Source of the DNA: an uncultured Bacteroidota bacterium
Lineage (GTDB): Bacteria > Bacteroidota > Bacteroidia > Chitinophagales > Chitinophagaceae
NCBI GenBank assembly: GCA_903874055.1
Contig: CAIQQR010000112.1
Coordinates: 1,467 to 65,466, forward strand
DNA length: 64,000 nucleotides
Direction of reading: 5' to 3'
Part shown: positions 39,350-49,983 of the stretch, piece by piece
Layout of the letters: the number at the start of each line of letters is the position of its first letter
Position numbering within the stretch: the stretch's first letter is position 1
Made by a program: the position numbers and the translations under genes
Notes under the pieces: model-generated
Told to the model about the DNA's origin: nothing
What the model saw: only the letters and a program-made list of their open reading frames with translations
Databases searched by the model: none

Positions 39350-41134
39350 ATGAAGAACATAAGAAATTTTTGTATCATCGCACATATTGATCATGGTAAA
39401 TCTACCTTGGCTGATCGTTTATTAGAACATACTAAGACGATCACTGAGCGTGAAATGATGAACCAGGTATTGGATGATATGGACTTAGAGCGTGAGAAAG
39501 GTATAACTATCAAGAGTCATGCGATTCAAATTAATTATATACACAAGGGGGAAACATATACTTTTAATTTAATTGACACGCCTGGTCACGTTGACTTTAG
39601 TTATGAAGTGAGTCGTGCATTAGCTGCATGTGAAGGCGCTTTATTATTAGTAGATGCTTCACAAGGAATTCAAGCGCAAACTATTTCCAATTTATATTTA
39701 GCATTAGATAATAATTTAGAGATCATCCCAGTGATTAATAAAATTGATATGGATGGTGCTAAAATTCCCGAAGTGACCGATCAAATTATTGATTTAATTG
39801 GCTGTAAGCAGGAAGATATTTTATTAGCAAGTGGACGTTCGGGTATTGGTATTGAAGAAATTTTACAAGCTGTATGTGAGCGTATTCCTGCACCAGTGGG
39901 TGATCCAGAAGCGCCTTTGCAAGCTTTAATATTCGATAGTGTATTTAATAGTTTCAGAGGAATTATTGTATACTATAGAATTATGAATGGGGTGTTAAGA
40001 AAGAATGATAAAATTCAATTTGTTGCTTCAGGTAAAGATTATATAGCAGATGAAGTAGGGGTATTAAAATTGGCAATGACTCCAAAGGCCGAAGTGAGAG
40101 CAGGTGATGTGGGTTATATTATTACTGGGATTAAAAATGCTAAGGAAGTAAAAGTAGGAGATACTATTACATTGGCTAATAATCCCGGTGAAATGATTCA
40201 TGGTTTTGAAGAAGTAAAACCAATGGTTTTTGCAGGAATTTATCCAGTAAATACTGATGAATTTGAAGAGTTAAGAGATTGTATGGAAAAGCTTCAATTA
40301 AATGATGCTTCTCTAACTTTTGAATTAGAAACTTCTCAGGCATTAGGGTTTGGTTTCCGTTGTGGATTCCTTGGATTATTACATATGGAAATTATCCAAG
40401 AGCGTTTAGAGCGTGAGTTTAATCAAACGGTAATTACTACCGTGCCCAACGTAAGCTTTATTGCATATACAACCCGTAAAGAAAAGATTATTGTAAACAA
40501 TCCAGCCGAAATGCCGGATCCTGTTAAGATTGATTATATCGAAGAGCCGTTTATTAGAGCTCAAATTATTACAACTCCAGATTATATTGGAAACATTATT
40601 ACTTTATGTTTAGGTAAACGTGGAATGTTGATTAACCAAAGTTATCTAACACCAACTCGTGTAGAGTTAATTTTTGAAATGCCTTTAACGGAGATTGTAT
40701 TTGACTTCTACGATAAATTAAAGAGTGGTACCAGAGGATATGCTTCCTTTGATTACACACAGATTGGATTTAGAGAGGCGGATATAGTTAAAATGGATAT
40801 TCTATTAAACAATGAGAAGGTAGATGCATTAAGTGCGTTAATTCACAGAGGTAAATCCGCTGAGTTTGGTCGTAAGCTTTGCGAAAAATTAAAAGAATTA
40901 TTAACTAAGCAACAATTTCAAATTGCAATACAAGCTGCAATTGGCGCAAAAGTGGTTGCTCGTGAAAATATCTCAGCAATGCGTAAGGATGTTACTGCCA
41001 AATGTTATGGTGGTGATATTAGTCGTAAGCGTAAGTTATTAGAAAAGCAAAAAGAAGGTAAAAAGAGAATGCGTCAAATTGGCAATGTAGAAATTCCACA
41101 AGAAGCATTCTTAGCAGTATTAAAACTTGACTAA
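39350..41134 (+). CDS. lepA: Translation elongation factor 4
   Basis: [20 protein letters not shown] and DTPGHVDF motifs, plus the LepA-specific C-terminal domain. 594 aa. Confidence 0.97.
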   Translation: MKNIRNFCIIAHIDHGKSTLADRLLEHTKTITEREMMNQVLDDMDLEREKGITIKSHAIQINYIHKGETYTFNLIDTPGHVDFSYEVSRALAACEGALLLVDASQGIQAQTISNLYLALDNNLEIIPVINKIDMDGAKIPEVTDQIIDLIGCKQEDILLASGRSGIGIEEILQAVCERIPAPVGDPEAPLQALIFDSVFNSFRGIIVYYRIMNGVLRKNDKIQFVASGKDYIADEVGVLKLAMTPKAEVRAGDVGYIITGIKNAKEVKVGDTITLANNPGEMIHGFEEVKPMVFAGIYPVNTDEFEELRDCMEKLQLNDASLTFELETSQALGFGFRCGFLGLLHMEIIQERLEREFNQTVITTVPNVSFIAYTTRKEKIIVNNPAEMPDPVKIDYIEEPFIRAQIITTPDYIGNIITLCLGKRGMLINQSYLTPTRVELIFEMPLTEIVFDFYDKLKSGTRGYASFDYTQIGFREADIVKMDILLNNEKVDALSALIHRGKSAEFGRKLCEKLKELLTKQQFQIAIQAAIGAKVVARENISAMRKDVTAKCYGGDISRKRKLLEKQKEGKKRMRQIGNVEIPQEAFLAVLKLD

Positions 41135-41149
41135 TAAAACAGATTGGTA

Positions 41150-41965
41150 TTATTTATTTGGCATTACCCATTTGCCATTATACCATATAAAGTACACTTC
41201 GTTTCCACTTGGAACAAGTGTACTTTTATTTTTTAGGTCATTACTGATACTTGTTAATTCGGACAATATAATTCTTTGATTATCTTTATCATATCGAATG
41301 TATCCATTGCTTCCTTTTTTATAGGAATATATAAATCTTTCCACTGGAGCGTTGGGGAAGGTGTCATCATTTGGAAATAAAAAATAATCACCACCTATCA
41401 CTGGTTCGTTATTTTCAAAATGGATTACCTCCATAATCTTTTTAGAAATAGTAGTATTATATTCATCAAAACCAAGCAGGGTATAATAGTTAATACCATT
41501 GAATTGTGTTAATACAATATCATAATAAATAGCACCCATCCAGTTTTTTCTAGACATTTGTTCGTGAGCTGGTTCCTCATACAATTCAGATTTATCAAAA
41601 AATGGTAACAATTTTAAACTTCCATCTTCCGTATTCATTTGTATGGCTGCTCTTTGTTTATAATTGCCTTCGCCGAAATCTAATTGCCAACTGAATATTT
41701 TAAAAGCACTATCAGGAGCTACTAAATGTTTAATCGCTAGTAAAGAATCAAAATGATATTGAAAAGAAAAGGGTTGTTTTAAGGTCTTCACCAATTGAAT
41801 AGTAAATAAACTATCAGCTTCATACCTTTCCATAACTGTTGCACCTTCCTGTATTTGAACGGCTATTTTTTGCAAAGTAATTCCAGCACTATCTATAGCG
41901 CTTTGAGCATTGCTAAATAGACAAGTTGCAATAAATATTGTTGTTAAAAGTAAACCTTTAAGCAT
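41150..41965 (-). CDS. Secreted hypothetical protein (271 aa)
   Basis: Signal peptide (LLLTTIFIATCLFSNAQS). No recognisable motif. Co-directional with gmhB, 18 nt downstream of it. Confidence 0.5.
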   Translation of the reverse strand: MLKGLLLTTIFIATCLFSNAQSAIDSAGITLQKIAVQIQEGATVMERYEADSLFTIQLVKTLKQPFSFQYHFDSLLAIKHLVAPDSAFKIFSWQLDFGEGNYKQRAAIQMNTEDGSLKLLPFFDKSELYEEPAHEQMSRKNWMGAIYYDIVLTQFNGINYYTLLGFDEYNTTISKKIMEVIHFENNEPVIGGDYFLFPNDDTFPNAPVERFIYSYKKGSNGYIRYDKDNQRIILSELTSISNDLKNKSTLVPSGNEVYFIWYNGKWVMPNK

Positions 41966-41983
41966 GATTAAATTTAATGCTTA

Positions 41984-42541
41984 TTATTTAGAGAGCGCAT
42001 TGGCAAAAGTTAATAAATTATCAAAACGATAATCAATGCTATTGTCAGGGAATGGGGTTTGTGGATGGGTAGTTGCTAAAAAAACAGTGTGCAATCCTGC
42101 GTTACGTCCAAAATGCATATCACTTGGTCGGTTGCCAACCATAATAGATTTTTTAAAATCAATATGTGGGATTTGCTCCTTTGCTTGAAATGCCATTCCT
42201 GGTTGCGGCTTTCTATTGGGTGATTCATTATCTAAATCGGGGCAATAATATATATGGTCAATTCTTCCTCCAACAGCAATAATTTTATCTAACATGTTTT
42301 GATGTATCAAAGAAAGGTCCTCATGGCTCATTAACCCTTTTCCAATCCCTTTTTGATTGGTGGCGATTACAATAGTTTTAAATCTGCTAGCTAAAATGGG
42401 TAGTGCTAATAAACTTTCTTTATAAAATTCAAATTCATTCCAATTTCTAATGTAATCGTCATTTTTTTCTACATTAATAACCCCATCTCTATCTAAAAAT
42501 AAAGTCCAATCTAAATGAATATCTCCAAAATTAAATGACAT
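41984..42541 (-). CDS. gmhB: HAD-IIIA phosphatase, D-glycero-D-manno-heptose 1,7-bisphosphate phosphatase-like
   Basis: LFLDRDGVIN (DxDx motif), TNQ and GNRPSD motifs. Start set to the ATG at 42541; the longer ORF would overlap gmhA by 26 nt. Confidence 0.72.
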   Translation of the reverse strand: MSFNFGDIHLDWTLFLDRDGVINVEKNDDYIRNWNEFEFYKESLLALPILASRFKTIVIATNQKGIGKGLMSHEDLSLIHQNMLDKIIAVGGRIDHIYYCPDLDNESPNRKPQPGMAFQAKEQIPHIDFKKSIMVGNRPSDMHFGRNAGLHTVFLATTHPQTPFPDNSIDYRFDNLLTFANALSK

Positions 42542-42575
42542 AGTTGAATTTGTAATTGTGCTGAACGAACAAGGA

Positions 42576-43157
42576 CTAGTTACCGAAAATATTAATTTCA
42601 ACTAACTCACAAATAATATGTCCCACTAGTATATGTGATTCCTGAATTCTTGGAGTCGTATTAGATGGGACATTAATTAAATAATCTCCGAGATCTTTCA
42701 TTTTTCCGCCTTTTTGTCCAGTAAAACCGATAGTTGTAACACCAATTGTTTTTGCCATTTCAAATGCCTTTACAATATTACCAGAGTTGCCCGAAGTACT
42801 GATACCCACTAAAACGTCACCTGGTTTAGCCAAGCCTTCTAACAATCTTGCATAAATAACATCGTAGCTATAATCATTGGCAACAGCAGTTAAATAGGAG
42901 CTATTACAATGCAATGCATCAGAGGGCAAAGCCTTACGATCTTTATAGAAACGGCCCGAAAATTCAGCAGCTAAATGTTGTGCATCTGCAGCGCTACCAC
43001 CATTGCCTGCAAAATATACAGCATTCCCATTTTTAAAAGCTTTTGTGATAACTTCTGTTACGGTAGCAATTTGATTTACTAATATTTCATCACTTAGTAA
43101 TTGTTGTTTTACATCTATGGATGCTTTAATGATATCAGTGATAGCTTGTATTGACAT
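42576..43157 (-). CDS. gmhA: D-sedoheptulose 7-phosphate isomerase (SIS domain)
   Basis: GNGGSAADAQHLAAEF and STSGNS motifs. 193 aa. Confidence 0.85.
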   Translation of the reverse strand: MSIQAITDIIKASIDVKQQLLSDEILVNQIATVTEVITKAFKNGNAVYFAGNGGSAADAQHLAAEFSGRFYKDRKALPSDALHCNSSYLTAVANDYSYDVIYARLLEGLAKPGDVLVGISTSGNSGNIVKAFEMAKTIGVTTIGFTGQKGGKMKDLGDYLINVPSNTTPRIQESHILVGHIICELVEINIFGN

Positions 43158-43166
43158 AAAATGTTT

Positions 43167-44297
43167 TTATAAACGTTGATGTAAAGTTAAAAAATTATTA
43201 GCCATTTGTTCCCAGCTATATTTCTTCTTTTCTTCTTTTATAAATGGCAGGTAATAATCAGCTCCAGTGCTATATAAATTTGTAATGCCCTGTGCAATTG
43301 CAGTTACTTTAGGTTCCACCACAACTCCACATTTACCATTAGGTACGGTATCTGCTAAAGCGCCCACATTTGTAACCAACATGGGTATTTCAAAATGATA
43401 GGCTAGTGGCGTTACTCCACTTTGCGTTGCGTTACGATAAGGTTGTATTATAAAATCAGCAGCACAAACATATTTTTTAACCTCATTGTCGGGAACAAAT
43501 TCATTGTGTAAAATTATTTGTTCGCTTAAGTCTAACTCTTTTATTAAATCAAAATAAGGTTGTGCGTCTTCATAAAATTCACCTACAATCATTAATTTAA
43601 TATTTGCTTTTTTAATGGATTCTGAAGCCATGGATTGCAGCAAAATATCCAACCCCTTGTAATGCCTAATAAACCCAAAAAATATTATTATTTTATCATT
43701 TTCATTGATACCTAAACTTGCACGAGCATCAGATTTTGAGATAGCTTCTCCAAAATGAGTAAATATAGGATGAGGTGATAAAACTATAGGTTTGCTAGAA
43801 AATAATTTTACATCTTTTGAAACCTTTTCACTCATGGTTAAAAATCCATCCATAGAATTTGAAAAATATTTCGTTAACATATGATCGCCAAATCTTTTTT
43901 CATGAGGAATCATGTTATCAATGATGGCTATTACTTTCGTATGCTTATTTGATTTTACAATTTTAGAAATGGTTCCTAAGCAAGGCGCTAAAAAGGGAAT
44001 CCAAAATCGGACAATTAATAAATCAGGTCGTTCTTGTTTAATTCTTAAGCCTACGCGTATCCAATTAAATGGATTGATTGAATTGATACCAATATTTATT
44101 ATGACATCCTTTGGTGCTGGCTCATTTGAATATTGGGTTTTACCTGGAAATAGTAAAGAGGGATATTGTAGTGAGAAGGTTTCAATGCGAGCATTAATAT
44201 TTTGAGCAGTAAATGTCCTATTTAGCTGTTCATCAAAAGCTGCTAGCCCGCCTCTTAGTGGCCAACTCGGACCCATTATCACTAATAAGTTTACCAT
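43167..44297 (-). CDS. Glycosyltransferase family 4 (GT-B, RfaB-like)
   Basis: C-terminal EX7E-like region (QPYRNATQSGVTPLAYHFEIPMLV). 376 aa. Overlaps the upstream GT2 stop by 7 nt. Confidence 0.82.
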   Translation of the reverse strand: MVNLLVIMGPSWPLRGGLAAFDEQLNRTFTAQNINARIETFSLQYPSLLFPGKTQYSNEPAPKDVIINIGINSINPFNWIRVGLRIKQERPDLLIVRFWIPFLAPCLGTISKIVKSNKHTKVIAIIDNMIPHEKRFGDHMLTKYFSNSMDGFLTMSEKVSKDVKLFSSKPIVLSPHPIFTHFGEAISKSDARASLGINENDKIIIFFGFIRHYKGLDILLQSMASESIKKANIKLMIVGEFYEDAQPYFDLIKELDLSEQIILHNEFVPDNEVKKYVCAADFIIQPYRNATQSGVTPLAYHFEIPMLVTNVGALADTVPNGKCGVVVEPKVTAIAQGITNLYSTGADYYLPFIKEEKKKYSWEQMANNFLTLHQRL

Positions 44298-45232
44298 CCT
44301 AATTTTTCGGATATTAAATAGCTGTTTCTATCAGCGGCACTACGATTAATTAATTCAGCCAGGAATCCAGCTAAAAATAATTGAACCCCAATTAACATAC
44401 AAGTTAATGCAATATAAAAAGCAGGTTTATTGGTGATAGAAGCTTCGGGTTGTAAAATTTTTTCAATAATAATATAACCCACGGATCCAAAACCAATTAA
44501 GAAAAATAAACTTCCTAACAATCCAAAAAATTGCATTGGTTTTTTGCCAAATTTAGATAAGAATTGAATGGTCATTAAATCCAAGAAACCATTCACAAAA
44601 CGTTCCCAACCAAATTTAGTTGTACCATATTTGCGTGCTTGATGAACTACTACTTTTTCACCAATTTTTTTAAAACCAGCCCATTTAGCTAGAATAGGAA
44701 TATAACGATGCATTTCACCAAATACTTCAATACTTTTTACCACTTTTAATTGATATGCTTTTATACCACAATTAAAATCATGTAAAATGATGCCTGAACT
44801 TTTACGCGCTACTGCATTGTATATTTTTGAAGGGATATTTTTTGTAAACGTATTATCGTAACGCTTCTTTTTCCAGCCACTCACTAAATGATATCCTTGA
44901 TTGGTAATCATGTCATAAAACTCAGGAATTTCATCTGGAGAATCTTGTAAATCGGCATCCATCGTTACTACAATATCACCTTGTGCTGCTTTAAAGCCTT
45001 CATTTAATGCTGCCGATTTTCCATAATTTCTTTGGAAACGAATGCCTTTTAAAGCATTGTATTCTGTTCTTAATTTTTCAATAACAGACCAACTTTCATC
45101 ATCACTTCCATCATCCACCATAATTACCTCATAGCTAAATTTATTAGATTGCATTACACGATGTATCCATTGCATTAATTCAGGCAAAGAAGCTGCTTCG
45201 TTAAACAATGGAATGACTACTGAAATTTGCAT
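44291..45232 (-). CDS. Membrane-anchored GT2 polyprenol-phosphate glycosyltransferase (GtrB/ArnC/DPM1-like)
   Basis: VVIPLFNE, DDGSDD and TMDADLQD motifs, plus two C-terminal TM helices. Confidence 0.87.
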   Translation of the reverse strand: MQISVVIPLFNEAASLPELMQWIHRVMQSNKFSYEVIMVDDGSDDESWSVIEKLRTEYNALKGIRFQRNYGKSAALNEGFKAAQGDIVVTMDADLQDSPDEIPEFYDMITNQGYHLVSGWKKKRYDNTFTKNIPSKIYNAVARKSSGIILHDFNCGIKAYQLKVVKSIEVFGEMHRYIPILAKWAGFKKIGEKVVVHQARKYGTTKFGWERFVNGFLDLMTIQFLSKFGKKPMQFFGLLGSLFFLIGFGSVGYIIIEKILQPEASITNKPAFYIALTCMLIGVQLFLAGFLAELINRSAADRNSYLISEKLGW

Positions 45233-45262
45233 ACTGCTTTTTTAACTAATTAAGTTTTTTAT

Positions 45263-45784
45263 CTAGATAGTGGGTGTATTTTCAAATGGATTCGGATTTT
45301 TCTTTGCCACTGCAGCTCCAATAACAGAACCAATTGCACCTAAAATTCCAGTACCAATAATACTACCGCCTAATGCAAATGGAATAAAATATTTTTTAGT
45401 CATACTCATTGCTTGCTCAATCATATCATCGGTCATTTTTGGATTTTCCATCATTTTCTTTCTAGAAATTTCCAATACTTTTTCTAACATGTCAGGGAAT
45501 AATACTTTAAATGCAAGCACTGTGTAAATAGATGAGATCACTATTAATACTGCTGTTGTTTTAAATCCGTGTGCAAACACGTTTCCAAAAGTTACATTAT
45601 TATTATTTTGATTGGCATATAAAATACCACCATAAATTAATCCAGCTAAAACCAATCCACTACTAATATAATTAATGAAACTCATTTCGTATAAATTGAA
45701 AACATATACGATAATTGAAAATGCGATTGATATAGCACCTAAGATTGCACCTTTTACTATATGACTTGTTACTTGGTTTTCCAT
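45263..45784 (-). CDS. DUF4199-like small polytopic membrane protein
   Basis: 173 aa with about 4 TM segments. Position between a DHOase-like gene and a GT2 gene matches the usual DUF4199 context as I recall it. Confidence 0.65.
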   Translation of the reverse strand: MENQVTSHIVKGAILGAISIAFSIIVYVFNLYEMSFINYISSGLVLAGLIYGGILYANQNNNNVTFGNVFAHGFKTTAVLIVISSIYTVLAFKVLFPDMLEKVLEISRKKMMENPKMTDDMIEQAMSMTKKYFIPFALGGSIIGTGILGAIGSVIGAAVAKKNPNPFENTPTI

Positions 45785-45822
45785 AATTGATTTTTTTTTG
45801 AAAAGAATTTGAATTAAATATT

Positions 45823-47088
45823 TTAGTTATTGACGTTTAATTTGCCTTTTGTATAAGTCCCCACTACTTTTCCTTTTAATTCAATATCCCAGAAAGGAGA
45901 ATTTGCCGATTTACTTTTTGAATCTTTTTTATTCAAGCATGTGTTTTGCTTGTTGGTAAATAAGGTAATGTCAGCAATTGCACCTTCTATAATTGAATTA
46001 GCAGGAAGGTTAAAAATACTTCTTGCATTAGAGGAGAATAATGATGCTATTTTTTCATCAGATAAATTAGGCAATACATGCTTTATACTAGCAAAGGAAG
46101 TTTCGATGCATGCAATCCCTGCTTTTGCATTTTCAAATTCTATTGTTTTGCCATCCCAGTCTTGAGGAATATGATGTGAACTTATACAATCCACCAATCC
46201 ATCTTCCACTGCTTTTAATAATGCCGCTTGATCCAATTTAGTTCTTAGTGGAGGGAATACTTTTAACAGTGTGTTATAATCATTTAAATCTTCTTCATTG
46301 AAAAATAAATGATAGGGGGTAACACTACAAGTTAACTGAAGTCCTTCTTTTTTAGCAGCTGCAATCATTGCAATTCCTTTTGCAGTACTTACTCCAGTGA
46401 TATGCAACTTTGATTGCGTATATCTTAATAGTTCAATATCTCTTGAAATGATTAATTCTTCGGCAATTGCTGGTATGCCTGGCAATCCTAATTTAGTAGA
46501 TAATATTCCTTCATTCATTAACCCTAAACTACCCAGGCTTTTATCAATCGGCATTTGAATGACTACACCATCAAATGCTTTCACATATTGTAATGCTTTT
46601 AAGAAAAGTAAAGTGGATTGAACAGGGTAGAGACCATCACTAAAAGCAACTGCACCATTAGAGTGCATGTCAATCATTTCGGATAAATCTTTCCCTTCCA
46701 CCTTTTTTGATAGGGCTCCCATTGGCAACACATTAACAGGAAGGCTTTCGTTATGTTGTTTGATATAAGTTACTTGAGACTTAGTATCAACCACTGGTAA
46801 AGTATTGGGTAAAGTAAACACTGTCGTGAAGCCCCCTTGTTGAGCAGCTTCAGCACCAGATTGTAAATTTTCACGATGTTCTAAACCTGGGTCGCAAAAA
46901 TGTACAAAAGGATCTACAAATCCAGGAGTAACCGTAAGGCCATCTACTTGTATTGTTTGATCTACGGTATTTGAGTAATTATCTGTAATGGAAATAATTT
47001 TTCCATTTTCTATAAGAATATCTTTGATTTTGCCATTGAATGGCGACTGATTATCAGCGATTTTGACCTGCTTGAGTAAGGTTGTCAT
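45823..47088 (-). CDS. Dihydroorotase-like amidohydrolase-fold protein with degenerate metal site (PyrC-prime-like)
   Basis: Collinear with type I dihydroorotases (PGFVDPFVHFCDPG, GGFTTVFTLPNT, GAVAFSDG, VSTAKG, VTPYHL). Canonical ligand positions read F, M, G and H. Start set to the ATG at 47088 (MTTLLKQVKI...). Confidence 0.78.
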   Translation of the reverse strand: MTTLLKQVKIADNQSPFNGKIKDILIENGKIISITDNYSNTVDQTIQVDGLTVTPGFVDPFVHFCDPGLEHRENLQSGAEAAQQGGFTTVFTLPNTLPVVDTKSQVTYIKQHNESLPVNVLPMGALSKKVEGKDLSEMIDMHSNGAVAFSDGLYPVQSTLLFLKALQYVKAFDGVVIQMPIDKSLGSLGLMNEGILSTKLGLPGIPAIAEELIISRDIELLRYTQSKLHITGVSTAKGIAMIAAAKKEGLQLTCSVTPYHLFFNEEDLNDYNTLLKVFPPLRTKLDQAALLKAVEDGLVDCISSHHIPQDWDGKTIEFENAKAGIACIETSFASIKHVLPNLSDEKIASLFSSNARSIFNLPANSIIEGAIADITLFTNKQNTCLNKKDSKSKSANSPFWDIELKGKVVGTYTKGKLNVNN

Positions 47089-47186
47089 TAAGTCAATAAT
47101 ATTTAATGCAATATACCTTGTTTTTTTCGATTTGACCTTAAATTTGTCTCCCAAAATGGGCTTTTTAGTGCTCAAATCACATTTTT

Positions 47187-47263
47187 CGGGTGGTAGCGCA
47201 GTCCGGTAGCGTACACGTCTGGGGGGCGTGTGGTCGCAGGTTCAAATCCTGTTCACCCGACCA
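47187..47263 (+). tRNA. tRNA-Pro (anticodon GGG) with encoded CCA
   Basis: Hand-folded. Acceptor CGGGTGG pairs with TCACCCG. Anticodon stem CACGT/GCGTG carries loop CT-GGG-GG. T arm is GCAGG-TTCAAAT-CCTGT. Discriminator A, then CCA at 47261-47263. Confidence 0.92.
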
Positions 47264-47274
47264 AAAAAGAGATA

Positions 47275-47299
47275 TCAGCCACAACAAAGTTGTGGCTGA
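47275..47299 (+). terminator. Hairpin after tRNA-Pro (possible terminator or processing signal)
   Basis: Perfect 10-bp stem TCAGCCACAA / TTGTGGCTGA with loop CAAAG, followed by GTTGTTTCG (only moderately U-rich). Confidence 0.5.
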
Positions 47300-47359
47300 G
47301 TTGTTTCGAAGAACGAGCAAATCAAGCTCGCTTGAATTTGTGAGAGATTTGAAACAACT
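47300..47359. other. Nested inverted repeats (potential structured RNA or DNA element)
   Basis: GTTGTTTCGAA (47300-47310) pairs with TTTGAAACAAC (47349-47359), 10/11 matches. This encloses the inner hairpin CGAGC-AAATCAA-GCTCG (47314-47330). Confidence 0.4.
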
Positions 47360-47379
47360 CAAAGCCATTAAGCGAAGCG

Positions 47380-47469
47380 GATGTGATGAACAAAGTGAAT
47401 CACAGCAGCGAAGCGAAATGGATATGATGAACAAAGTGAATCACAGCAGCGAAGCGAAATGGCTGATGT
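47380..47469. repeat. Tandem direct repeat, 41-bp unit, two full copies plus a partial third
   Basis: TGATGAACAAAGTGAATCACAGCAGCGAAGCGAAATGG is identical at 47385-47422 and 47426-47463. The unit restarts as GGCTGATG and then diverges. A degenerate partial copy lies upstream (AAGCGAAGCGG at 47371-47381). Confidence 0.9.
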
Positions 47470-47496
47470 CTTATGCTTTTCCAGTGAGGGAAATGG

Positions 47497-47562
47497 GATT
47501 AAGCGAACGCAGTGAGCTAAATTCCAGCAAGGGTGCAAGGATTAAGCGAACGCAGTGAGCTT
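47497..47562. repeat. Direct repeat, 23-bp core with 43-bp period (2 copies)
   Basis: GGATTAAGCGAACGCAGTGAGCT occurs at 47497-47519 and 47540-47562. A related ATTAAGCGAAGCGGATG lies at 47368-47384. Confidence 0.9.
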
Positions 47563-47594
47563 GAACACGTTAAATTAATTTTACCTAATGATTA

Positions 47595-47619
47595 TTTACT
47601 TTAATAGTAAACTTTTACT
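47595..47619. promoter_or_regulatory. Candidate operator upstream of katG (palindrome plus direct half-site)
   Basis: TTTACT-TTAAT-AGTAAA is a perfect 6-bp inverted repeat at 47595-47611. A third TTTACT lies at 47614-47619, just upstream of the -7 box. Confidence 0.3.
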
Positions 47620-47632
47620 TATCAAATTTGTT

Positions 47633-47640
47633 TAAGTTTG
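47633..47640 (+). promoter_or_regulatory. Candidate -7 box (TAAGTTTG) for katG
   Basis: TAnnTTTG match 30 nt upstream of the katG ATG. No clean -33 TTG at the expected spacing. Confidence 0.4.
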
Positions 47641-47643
47641 TAA

Positions 47644-49890
<2,247 letters not shown>

Positions 49891-49915
49891 TCATATACAT
49901 ACTTATTTTGAGGGG

Positions 49916-49941
49916 AGGTGGTCATTTGACCACCTTTTTTC
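49916..49941 (+). terminator. Rho-independent terminator of katG
   Basis: AGGTGGTC-ATTT-GACCACCT followed by TTTTTT. Confidence 0.8.
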
Positions 49942-49983
49942 GTTTACTTAGGCATATGTTTAGAATAGTTTACCTTCGTGTTT

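Noticed and set aside
47177-47558. ORFs of 85 aa (minus strand) and 122 aa (plus strand) in the tRNA-Pro/katG spacer
   Set aside because: Both overlap tRNA-Pro. The repeats they span have 41- and 43-bp periods, which are not multiples of 3, so the repeated peptides are out of frame with each other. I treat the region as non-coding repeats.
47380-47562. Possible CRISPR array
   Set aside because: There are only two copies of each repeat and the repeat families differ. The 'spacers' are 3-20 nt long, and there are no cas genes in the window.
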